In this document: positions 9,001 through 17,300 of the stretch, in pieces
How positions within the stretch are numbered: the stretch's first letter is position 1
Layout: each line of letters begins with the position of its first letter
DNA from: a virus
Virus record (IMG/VR): IMGVR_UViG_3300044846_002605
Span: 2,331 to 66,330 of that record
DNA length: 64,000 nucleotides
Strand: one strand, 5' to 3'
Notes under the pieces: generated by a model
The model's input: only the letters and a program-made list of their open reading frames with translations
Database searches by the model: none
Told to the model about the DNA's origin: nothing
Program-made: the position numbers and the translations under genes

Positions 9001-11394
9001 ATCAATGTTTCCTTCATACAAAGCATTAAACATGGTATTAACAACACTTGCGCTTTTATTAAGAGCAATTGCCTCATTGAATGTCATGTTTTTACCAAAC
9101 ATGCCTTCAAGCATATTCAAGACTTTATCAAAGAACTGCTTTATTCTTACAGATAGTTTTGACTTGCCGCGATTCATTGAATACTCTCTGAATTTTTCAG
9201 CTAGATATTCTTCAATTTCTAAATCTGTGGCAGTTGCAAAAGCTACTGTCTTTGCTTTACCCAGCACAGTTACTTTAAATGTTCCAGGAGTTTTAGCAAT
9301 TTCAGAATACATTGCCTTTCTCTCAGACTCAGTTAAGATGGCTTGAGTAAATGCGTGAAATGCTTCGTGATAAATATCTGTGTTGTTAGATCCAAGATAA
9401 AGATTGATTGAGCTATTCACAAACTCAGCAACAAAACTAGGTCCTTTTTCATGAATTTTATTTCTAAGTGTTTCATTTAAATTCAGGACTTTAAATAACG
9501 GATGAGTTTTAAACCAATTCATAGCCGCTTCTTTTTGCGCCTCAGTTGGTTCCGTTTCCATATTAGTTTCTGCTAAAGTTCTAAAGAAAACATCATCATC
9601 TATTTCATCTTCACCTACTTCTAAATCAGTAACATCTTTAGCAGTAACACCTAATGCTAGGAATGTAGAATAACCGCGTAGTTCATTATTTGAATTGGTG
9701 ACAATAGTTGTGTTTGTATTATCAAGGATATGCTGTCTAATGCTTTTATTACCCAATGAAATCACATTGTCTTCAATTGAAACAGGAACATTTATTACAG
9801 CATCAACATCTGTTACATCTTTAATCCTTAAATTTCTTTTGGCACCAGTTGTAATATACACCTTACCATCTTTGCCATAAAACAATTGGTTTATATCTGT
9901 AGTTTTATCAAATGATTCAAATGGTACAACATTAGTAAACTTAGTAGAATACTTGTATAGTTCAAAAGTTCTAGTTGTAAAATAGTCTTTAAGTGCTTGG
10001 CGAATTGTTTCAGCATTTTCAGGAATAGCTTCAATTTTATGATTATTGATAATCATAAAATATGACAACTTTCTTTTATTAGTTTCAGCATCCAGCTCTC
10101 TTTTAATCATATAAAGAAACTTACCCGCTTCCTTTTTATGAAAATGATAAATAGCTTCTTGTCTTTCACCAGAATCCATATCAGATTGATATTCTGCTCC
10201 AGTGTTACGCTTTGTTCCTTTCTTTTGCAGTTTAGGTTCAGTAATCAACTTTGTCAAAATATCCAATTCTTCATCAGAAATATCCGCCAATGAATTTTCA
10301 TACATTGGTTTTTCCTCTGGCATTGCAGTAGTTCCTAATAAAGGAACATGCATTACTGCAATGGTTTGGTTGTTTGTTTTCTTAACAATAATTGGAACCT
10401 GATCAACATTTGCAATAGTGTTCATTTGAGTTTTCTTGTGGATGTTTTCCTCCACAGTACCCATAGAACTATTTTGAATATTAATTGAAAAAGTAACCGC
10501 CTCTCCAGAAGCATGTTTCTTTTTCATTTGTTCTATAAGATCAAGATAGCCATTTACTTCTTGTTCTGTTTGTAAAGTAGCTTGTTGTAAAGACATACCT
10601 CTTGACATCAAAGAAACTGTTCGTTCTTTAATCCAAAAGTTCAAATCATACTTACTTTGCTTAAATGTAAATACGGGAGTTGTCCCATCTTCATCAATTT
10701 TGTTGTCAACAAATCTTACAATTTTTCCTGTAGAATCAACCGGCACCAAAACATAAGCATCTGGGTTTGTATCTTTGTTAGTATTTAAAACTTGATTTAC
10801 ATTTTGCAATTCGCGTTGCTGTACAAGTTTTAACTGTAAACCGTCAGCATTTTCTGAATTAATGATGGATCTTTGTACACCAAATTCAAATTCTTTTTCC
10901 GGATCTGTTACATTACCTCTGTACCCCACACCCTCTTCATAAACCATTTCCTGATTTGCAGTTTTAAACAAATCCAAAGTAATAGCATTAAACACCATAG
11001 CTGGTGCCGCAGGAATAACCACAGTTGATTTTCCAATTATCTGTCCTAACTTATCAATTACTTTTTGGAAATCCTTTTTATTCTTTGACTGAGATGCTTC
11101 ATAGATTTCCGCGCTCAATTTATTTAAAGCTCCTAGCACATTTGGGTTACTCGCAGAAGGTGTTTCGCCCATATATTGCTTAACCATTTGTGGTGCTATA
11201 GATAAGTGCTGTAGGATCAACTCTCGGTTTCTAGTTTCAGATAAACCAGTATTGCTAAAATCAGAAATTGCCTTATCAAACAATCTGTTTAATAAGGCAT
11301 TAGCTGAAATGTCATTTGTAAATTGGTTTGGAATCTCTTTTTTAAAATATGCACTAAACAATTTTATAGACTCCGGAGTAATACAAACATTCAT
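1..11394 (-). CDS. Giant virion-packaged DNA-dependent RNA polymerase polyprotein, crAss-like two-barrel type (at least 3798 aa, 3' end beyond window)
   Basis: ATG at 11392-11394 one base after the previous TAA, translating MNVCITPESIKLF. The frame is still open at position 1 and the track lists no stop-terminated ORF in this frame. Motifs read by hand: HEAFH (9355-9369), GTSGSGKST (8881-8907), EADGAGWISFDMYR (about 5575-5615), DRIPSQG (about 4200-4222), AGSDYDIDKL (DYDID at 4087-4101). The last matches the DFDID metal-binding loop of crAss-like virion RNAPs such as phi14:2 gp66. Confidence 0.92.
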   Translation of the reverse strand, partial: MNVCITPESIKLFSAYFKKEIPNQFTNDISANALLNRLFDKAISDFSNTGLSETRNRELILQHLSIAPQMVKQYMGETPSASNPNVLGALNKLSAEIYEASQSKNKKDFQKVIDKLGQIIGKSTVVIPAAPAMVFNAITLDLFKTANQEMVYEEGVGYRGNVTDPEKEFEFGVQRSIINSENADGLQLKLVQQRELQNVNQVLNTNKDTNPDAYVLVPVDSTGKIVRFVDNKIDEDGTTPVFTFKQSKYDLNFWIKERTVSLMSRGMSLQQATLQTEQEVNGYLDLIEQMKKKHASGEAVTFSINIQNSSMGTVEENIHKKTQMNTIANVDQVPIIVKKTNNQTIAVMHVPLLGTTAMPEEKPMYENSLADISDEELDILTKLITEPKLQKKGTKRNTGAEYQSDMDSGERQEAIYHFHKKEAGKFLYMIKRELDAETNKRKLSYFMIINNHKIEAIPENAETIRQALKDYFTTRTFELYKYSTKFTNVVPFESFDKTTDINQLFYGKDGKVYITTGAKRNLRIKDVTDVDAVINVPVSIEDNVISLGNKSIRQHILDNTNTTIVTNSNNELRGYSTFLALGVTAKDVTDLEVGEDEIDDDVFFRTLAETNMETEPTEAQKEAAMNWFKTHPLFKVLNLNETLRNKIHEKGPSFVAEFVNSSINLYLGSNNTDIYHEAFHAFTQAILTESERKAMYSEIAKTPGTFKVTVLGKAKTVAFATATDLEIEEYLAEKFREYSMNRGKSKLSVRIKQFFDKVLNMLEGMFGKNMTFNEAIALNKSASVVNTMFNALYEGNIDVSKFNPQATKTALYKSSEINATTPADVILTIGTSGSGKSTWIKSVNANNDFEVISPDEMRIEFTGDMNNKSKDEEIYKEAALRTIQAIKNGKKIIFDTTNLTKEKRRPFIQAIKEALPESNIQYKLMPLDAELAKERIKADIAAGVNRANVSEETIDRHAKAYKQMLKDIKSEGISEYQDTDFSLEEVNVLMESMQSLMSEFIDFKTSGVFDKKVNKQIATLQIESANYPVGSKKHDAVLKKIEKLKKKVGVVNGYGMFAVAKSPEILESALTFIKNKLIQQRDIIKSSVTDEDNFALKTLNKAIEAFGNTEDAMLYLDAEENTNLIGLFLNNYSNVQINQEDVDYLDTLDEETRALTYTFGRTGTEQSLAETTDAQTRQLLSSIHAHSNNGKGPFIVNSLGIKKIQPFVQMLAKTSKVLRNTTDRVEMHKKLVEAAKKDFEIAQILAKLGDITNPNITQDEQKAWLAFWQVMNKTDLFLREFIIEKVVTTDNKTKTKTVKLESRSGRAKAASNRVGKDWSDNFVYISSTGTGYFEEIGDTGEYALNAFDLGEDYAEVGFGLISGTEDSEVWVESKDDIKEGDVYTGKLTKAAALPFEFLNQIGIDLVDDPIVRDILVNGSPALGIDPGIVANIQKSLMNRETAVLEKDKKITQLADVFNDFDYISNGEKITQTGLNGWFKQLQELQYMFSDENSSSMGKNAEGENQSEKSYNSSLSVMVSALNDAKHYDEILNGSGLEVFNVQTNPFAAASPWLINMFNLDSTNPAVRGTRNSNFKITVESLSGSKIIFENDDKGSGAIKLDEKAKFITDFDLTLQGKQEILRTADKSTSLTAHAPIKRNGQIVKNQLEFPKEDINKIFTPAYDIDKNTTLLYDKFYLHLEAELVRITRLNEAMEDLESEKEIVFDAAYLKRGRAFYMFANILSKSTKDQLLALNISQSQVADVNNPNVLNKLLSKELKKKIDLELKNYFETRSTGLFNRKNKQLTISDNLLADYKKTADEEVDVTRQRMFKTFVINNFIQNANFATLFIGDAAIHDVKGEGYHKRIAGLISTGKIFANDSAFLSYVNKPSFKAFGFAENHNQKQTGRTYSGYINSGVIQEKKTASVYLKQWNELIDTKDYGTKNKMKEADGAGWISFDMYRILNLACGEWSDAQDAVYKKMLDGTPLTDQDRKVTFPVRKFQYYGQVNNADAAFNLQMMAFHKYSLMPLIPDLIAGTPLQDLHEKMMEQGVDYITMESGSKLSSISKVELAMDKKSKRMEPTAKFDEFYDDERKTNDVQFTVNQIHSKYLKNQIYLAPGYKGKITLPTQKRKMITLGLFDEEQIPTDYKTDLSEAERTQKWKALSESKKRAASKNYDWYKRYEVVISKIQTHLKQELIDDLGLTYDASGKLTGSPKKLVDYLEKQMKSNDMLSDDIDYIISVSKNAETLDFSLSMYSEKIEAILMTLADKKLRSLNVNGEALVQVPGTMFENKERAAKFAKLENPTDADIFNYGSNGLSFYHITDKNGNPVLTEDTKSWIVKSMEVKISLQGGFKKLLYLDHFDGKKIAVYEKDKDGKSVLNYNASLNRLNESIRNKEWNAKHAQFLQIAGDRIPSQGPNALESITVAEFLPEWAGPIVILPAEIVAKAGSDYDIDKLFTQFPNIVKIGNKVELQQYRADVKESVEELYKEKDKYTQQLKAVQERIDTLYQDRELFWEQSNEIAADVKAQIQDQQKLEKDLYETRRELNGYLNAAENGLWKFKNVSFKQRQKFITQYTEQLEQVNELIEFQEAEIKRIMFDELGAELATDFYNYNQSLIDAEKSKLSQLDAAREEIQRKIYGKSIKGLENEMLALFTEKITLPSNIKDLITTNSTDVALPIAQEMEKAIRKRDGATRFNKYERINDDSTDGVSPTTIFDYEYNLLKHQENSVGMDSLGIAAVTATYYAMFQTFGAKLNAVSAKKQAEFDKQIQVLALASEINLKIEELREKHGDSLPADAQKELISLKKQMPNEKTITEAQNVVNKFKDYTFKLDHNKLTSALGEHVALGIANNVKNQSISDLLSQMINGYVDVAKDAWIFNMQGNKQNTPTLLFMIMAGVSLESATYLSSTPLVMEYNQYKKELSGVYSTLDLDPEVNPIVNNSRVNAKAQEMIFNNHSELFAVLGYESFNYKSIANRNTESFTENELRELVGQSTIDKRQLEALAEYIHIEKMASDVSKFQQLTRFDTNKIATISEAQKRIDDIKEFKSRETYVPQAWFGSEGIKNSPVGQFDNDQFLVDIFERYFSLRDNPALVKVSLDKEIMDHKPKGTSDVVLRTDFKNDFIWFLYQNSLFKKGTYGGYTFKPNLSDPNAPFTIDEENKTVSFGGALLGNDINNPELELKYVQSNFKNLDQYVRFKIEYQKLDGIPTEQLEKDYYFLDGAKKKYPTEYLKQKIALYNSRNHNSFFTGPTSVANMFKRFKQENPELVEKYALIRDMKFNNDKKSKKSNMYLPDISDVNLRKQYKENLANLRNDSRPEIAEFFGLFNHIAMMQTGLNRRSQYDLGKIIDAEHLHETIDNGIGIGRVINELNQIDNNIKAAELNNLNKENEPIVPDLQLLGQFKESFINMLENNYRMRVRGYNYQVNNLALGKTTATPETLLSFNNVSIKSSLVGLPKDTLALTAGLFFDEEGEYTPEEFAESIKDKKLAILNQKLVVPTDQNQSEFDKLLLDYFGINNSGDFPTLEYKSKSAKKGFLSIGGLGLKLMPVHSVKDEAMANASTMAIGQATIVNPNAKSSSQSYVDELTAKYPGKLAEKGTRFKSTDVVWVFGSGIFANRIKNVSIEEFQIALDNTFNSYHKPNIDKAIKAGVKIFNVGTANGMDQMAVNYLEEQGYVKVPVYAAIGKYYQMRKSTSSFEDLNYDINSPVVTASTLGAKDLVGKLFNDDRENKWFDSLTEKEKFEKGTAVAYDKIITELNRNIKYKIQFANELVSSKGQIAIGNSPLSAALEQALYKMKADIIKHRMGNAVKAPIVV

Positions 11395-11395
11395 A

Positions 11396-14300
11396 TTATT
11401 TACATTTTGTTAACTGCTCAAGAATTTGTGAATTTAAATCAGCATTTTCAAGCTTTTCAAATTCAGCTACACTAGCTGTAAAATTATTAAAAATATCCTG
11501 ATATGCCTCTTTAATATAATCAATTTCTTGGTCATTAACAACTGTATCCAAGTTTAATTTTGTATATTCTTGACCTTCTTCAAACACATCTGTAGATTTA
11601 AAAAGTTGCTCCATAGGTAAAGTTTGAACTTCACCTGTAGTAATGTCAACCAAATCCACAGTTTTATCCGCCATGTTGTATGAAAAAATTTGCATTGGGA
11701 CTTCACCAATTAAAACAGACTGTCCAATAAACGCACCTCGGCCTAACCTCTTCATTAACCTGTCATTCAAAAAGTTTCTTTGCGGTAATGTAAATTGATT
11801 GAAAAGATCAGTATTGGTAATCCTATAAGCAGCCAAAAACAAGTTTAAATTTTTGTCATTTTCTAAAGCCTCAATCTGTTTAATTAAGAAAGGAACAAAT
11901 GGATAAGCATCCCCCATTTTTCTTAGTTCTTCTAAGAGTTCTGCTTCAGTTTTATCAACAGCAGTTTGTTTTGCTTGTATCTCATTTAAATATTCCAAAA
12001 AGTCATCAGTGCTCATGTCTTCTTCCGGCATTTCAACTTCTTGATTTGCTGCATCATTTGCTGCTTCAGGATCTGATACATCATAAAGCCCGTCTTCTAC
12101 AGCTTGATCAAATAAAAGTTGCTGAGCTGGAGTCAATGAAGAATAATCAAGCGTAGATAAATTAACCTGTCCTGTAGTAATTTTAAATTCAAGGGACTTA
12201 GTGTACTCTTCAAAATCAGCAGCCGCTTTTTCAGCTTCTTTAGTTCCAATCCAGTTTTCAAATTCCATTTCAGATTCATACTGGCCGTAATCTTGTTCTT
12301 CTTGAAGACTTCTAATTCTTTCTGCTATAGATGTAACCATATCAGAGATAGTCCTGTAATTAGCAAAAATTTCATTAACCGCTTCTTGCATATAAACATT
12401 TGCATCTTGTATATCACTTGCAAAGTCAGCAGCTGCAGCATCACCTACACCATCAGCAGTTTTGTATTTAGATTTGTTTGAAATAAAACTTTTGTAAAAA
12501 GCAATTTCTCCTTTTCCTCTTGCAACATTTTTGGTAATAAAATCCGGATGTACTCTATTTTCTGGATTAGAAAACCAATCCGCAACCAACGCTTCTTGAA
12601 ACAAAGGATCTGTAACCATCACCCCTGAATCATAAATAAACTCGCGAATGGTCATTTTATCCTGAGCTAATTTATTTTTAGGCTGAGCTCTCTTAGCTGT
12701 ACTTGCTCTTTCCTCCAGTGTATAAATAGAACCACTTAAAGCATTACTCCTAGCAATAGTAAGTTTAGTTCTAGAATTGTAGAATGCATAGTTTACAGCT
12801 TTAACAACAGATGGAAGCAGAATTCCTTTGTTCATTAACTCAAAGAATAAATTTATAGCTTGGTCTTCAATTTCTTGAGGAGTGCCTTCAAATTTTAAAT
12901 TCTTTTTGTAATTCTCAGCCTGGAATTTAGCATTTTGTACTACTTGATGTATATTAATCAAGAACTGAGTTTCATCTTCTTTTGTTTTTAAAGGTCTGCT
13001 AAATAACTCTTTGTTGTATAACGCAAGTGCCTTCAACTCGGTTGGTGTTAAAGTAAAACTATACTTCTTACCATTATAGGCAACCTTAATAGGTTCTTTA
13101 CTCTTTACATACTTAGATAAAAGACCATAGTTATAAACAGTACTATTCTCAGCCAACTCTTCAAAGATGTCTTTTTGATAACCAAGTACCGCTTCAGCGC
13201 GTTCTTTTGGTTCCAAGCCCTCAAGTTCGTCAGCAAATGTTTCATTAACAACAGCTATTTGTGAGTCTTGCTCAAGTTTTCTTTTTTTCTTGCTTACAAA
13301 AGCAATCACATCAGGAATCTTGAAGCGGAAAGTTTTACTATCATTCAACAAGTTGTCAATCAAATACGTCAAGTCTGCCTTTGTCAAAATGTCAAAGTCT
13401 TCTTTCAATACTTTTTGCAACAATTCACTTACTTGTTCGCGCTCCATAGCATTGATTGGAACAATTGCTTGTTTCCTTGCTCTGCGTCTAGCTCGCGCTT
13501 CTTCTTTCTGTTGATCTAAACGTTGTTGCTTTAATTGCTTTCCTCTTTCTATTTCAGCTGCATTATGTGCAGCAAGTTCTTCATCAGTTAATTCAACTGT
13601 TACTTGTGGTGGAGGTGCAGGTACAAACTCTTCAGGCTCCTGTTCTTTATTATACTCTATAATTGTTCTCAAGAAAGACATATCATTTGCCATCATTTTC
13701 TGAATGGCATCAATTTCTGCCTCTGAAGGTTCAGCATCAGATTTCACCGTGCCGATTTCAATTTTACTCTGCTCGTTAAGTCTTACAGTAAATCCAGGAC
13801 CAATTGAAGCAACAAGTGAATCAAATATATTTCCAAATTGTTCATCCAGCGCATCAACTTCTTCTTCTGGTGCTTGAGCCATTGAGCGATTTAAAGCCTC
13901 CAGTTGTCTTATCTCTGCTTTATACTTACTTCTTATTGCACCAACTGAATTAGCCGCTAAAACCATTCTGTATTGATCAATAAGCCTATTCTGCAATTCA
14001 CCTGGTAAAGAAGCAAAAGGAGTTCTTTCAGTAATAACCAATGTATTATCTATGTTTACTTCTTCTTCTACCGGTGTTTCTACTGCGGTAGTTTCTGTAG
14101 AAACAATTTGAGCTTCACTACCAAACTTTGCATCATACTCAGCTTGAAGATCTTTAAGATCAAGTAAAAGTTGTGATTTTTGTTTATCCAACTTCATTCT
14201 TTTTCTTAACTGCATTTTTGAAGAAGATGCAATTTGCTCATTGACTCTTTTCAAAAGTTCTCTCTTCTGATTAATTTCAGTTTTGAGTTTAGTTTCTGCA

Positions 14301-17300
14301 TCAATTAAATCCTGTTCTTCAGTTTGCACTTCTTCTTCTTGTGCAGGCACATCTTCTTCAGGAGCATCAATCTCAACATCAATTTCTCTTTCAACTTCTT
14401 CTTCAATTTCTTGAGTACTTCTAATGCCAGTAAACAAGTTAGCTTCTTGAGTTTTTAAATCTCTATCAATATCAGCAAAAACAGAACTTCCGTACTTATT
14501 AAATTTTGGATCTTGTCCCTGGTACATTGCTTTAACAAACCACTCATTACCATTAGGGTGTGTGCCTATAGCTAATAATGGAACCCATTCGCCAAGAGAA
14601 GCTGCTGTAGATCCTGTACCTGTAGATTTGTACATCAAGAATTTCACCTTCTTTGTGCCTTGCTGAACAGTTTCTTCACCTTCTTCAGTGATGTCAGTTT
14701 GTTCAGCATTTAATTCATCTTGAAGAGCATTTCTTTGTTTAAGTGTTGATTCTATTTCTGCATCAACATTTGCATCACTTTGATTAGTTTGTTGAGCAGC
14801 TGGACCATTTTTAATTATTGACTCAGCTTGTTCTATAATTTTTCCTGAAGCCTCTTTAGTAGATAATTTACCATTAAAAGTTTTTAAGTTATCTACAATT
14901 GGTTGAGCAATCTGTTCTGCTGTAAAACCTTCTGGAATTTCTATTGTTACAGAAACATATACAGATGGGCGATTAGTATCCACTGTAGTTACAACAGGAA
15001 CTTTAATATTTACAACTCTTTTTCCTTGAGTTGTGTAGCCTTCATCAAATTCGGCCCAATTTTGATTTCTTTTTACACCATACTCATGTCTAAAATCCGG
15101 GTGAGCATCTGAGCTTATTAAATCTTTGGTTGCGTTATTACTTTTGTTTTTAACTAACCATCCGCCAAGACCATCAAAAACTGTATAATTGAGTTCAGAA
15201 GTATTAGTTGTATCTTTTGTTGATTGAACAGCTTTAACAAAATTTTCAAAACCTCTTTTTTCTACTTCAGCTCTAGTAACAACTTTAACCTTACCAAAAA
15301 GAGGTTTGTTCTTTTTTGCTTCAGCTTCTAGTTCTTGTCTTGCCTCATAATAAAAAGTGCTTTGTACAGGTGTTAAATATTGAGAATCAAAAATTTCTTT
15401 TAATGCAACAACATCATTTCTTTTGGCATTGGTGTCAACTGTTGCTTTTCCTGTAGCTGTTTTTTTAGAACTCAGATCCTTTATTTTTGCATCTAAATCA
15501 GCAATTTCTTTTTGTAACTCTGCTACACGCGGATTAGCTTTTTTGTTTTGTATAGCTTTCTTTACAAATACCGGAACTTCAGCTGTAACATCAATGATTA
15601 ATCTTCCACCAACTTGAGCACGGATGTTTCCATAAACCCAATTGGTAATTCTTGCATCATCTAATTCTTTACCAAGATCAACAAGCTTTTGTGTCCATTC
15701 TGCAACAGCCAAATTATTATTGGAAACTACTTCAGGATGTAAAAAATCAGCAAACAACTCTGGATTGTCGTTAGCATTTTCCAAAAACTCAGTGTTTCCA
15801 ACTTCAATAGTGCGCGTAACTTTTTCTTTAACTTTTTGCTTAACTGTTTGTTTTGCAGGTTTAGTTTGCTCATTGAAATATTCTTCAGCTTCAGCTTTAG
15901 TATCAAATGCTTTAATGTTTCCATCTTTGTCAGTTACCTGCCAAACACCTGGAACCACTTCCATCAACTTGAAACCTTTCTTTTCTACAGAACTAACCGG
16001 TTCAGGTTTCTCTTCTTCTTCTACTGCGGTTTCATCTGCTTTTTCATCAATGTTATCAGTAATAGATTCATCTAATGCCATGTTAGCCAAACTGACCGCG
16101 CGTTGTAATACAGAGCCATCAAAAGTCTTATTAAAAGCTTTCATGATTTTAGCCATTAATGACTTCCACAAAGACTCTTTTTTTCCAGATACTGTATCTG
16201 TAACACCGCCCAAAAATGATTGAAATGCAGTATTGTTTAATGACTCAGATAAAAATTCAGCTGTGCTATTAAACAAAGAAATTTTATCCATATCCAGGTT
16301 AGGATACTTTTTAGCAAATGCATCTTTAGCCTGTTGCATTAAATTTTCAACTTCAGTTTGCAAACTTTCGTTTTCTGCTAAGTTGTCATTTAATTTAGCT
16401 TGAGTTAATGCAGAAAGAACAAGTGTTTCAAAGTTTACTGCAACATTTTTGTAATCAGATCCAGCGTATCTTACATCAATTACAAAGACACCATCTTCAT
16501 TTAATGAAATTGGAAACTCTGCATTGTCAACAAACATAATTTTTGGCATAGAGTCAGAAACTTTATCCAACATCTCTTTGTCAATTTGTGTAAGAAAAGT
16601 ACTACTCTTTAATTTTCTGAGCATTCTTTCTAATTGAACCGGATCAGATAAATCAATTTCTTTTCCAAGTTTGATTCCATATTGTCTAAGTAAACCTTTA
16701 ACGGTTCTCTTGTCTTCAGTGTAACGCAAACTGCGTTTAGAACCACCTGACTTATCCTGAACAATTGTTTTACCTGTAAGCCTAGCATAAAATTTAGAAA
16801 TAATATCTTGAGCTTTTTGGTATTCCTCTTTAGACGACTCTTTGTTTGATTCAATGTTGTAAATCTTAGAAGGCATTATTCCTTTGCCAACTAAATCATC
16901 TAATTCATTTAAATCAAAGAAAATACCGGCTTCCTGTAATTCAGTAAGCATTTCGCTTGATGCAGCTTTTTCTTGAAAAGCATACAACTGATTAGCAATA
17001 TGTTTTTCTTTGTTCTTATCCAAATCCGCCATCATTTCTGCATTGCGGTCAATCCACATTTTAGCAGATGTTGGATCTACAAGTGTATTTACAACATCTT
17101 GCAAAGCCTGAGATTCAGTTTTTAAATCTAAGTAGTCAACAATTGCATCAAAAGATTTTCTGCTAATTGCGCGTTTAACCTCTTCAGCTTCTTCTTTGCC
17201 ATAAAACATTCCATACTCTGCATCAATAGAACGGAAGTCATGATATGCTTCAAACAAATCAGAATAAGCGTCTTCAATTTCATCTACAGATGGTTCCTCC

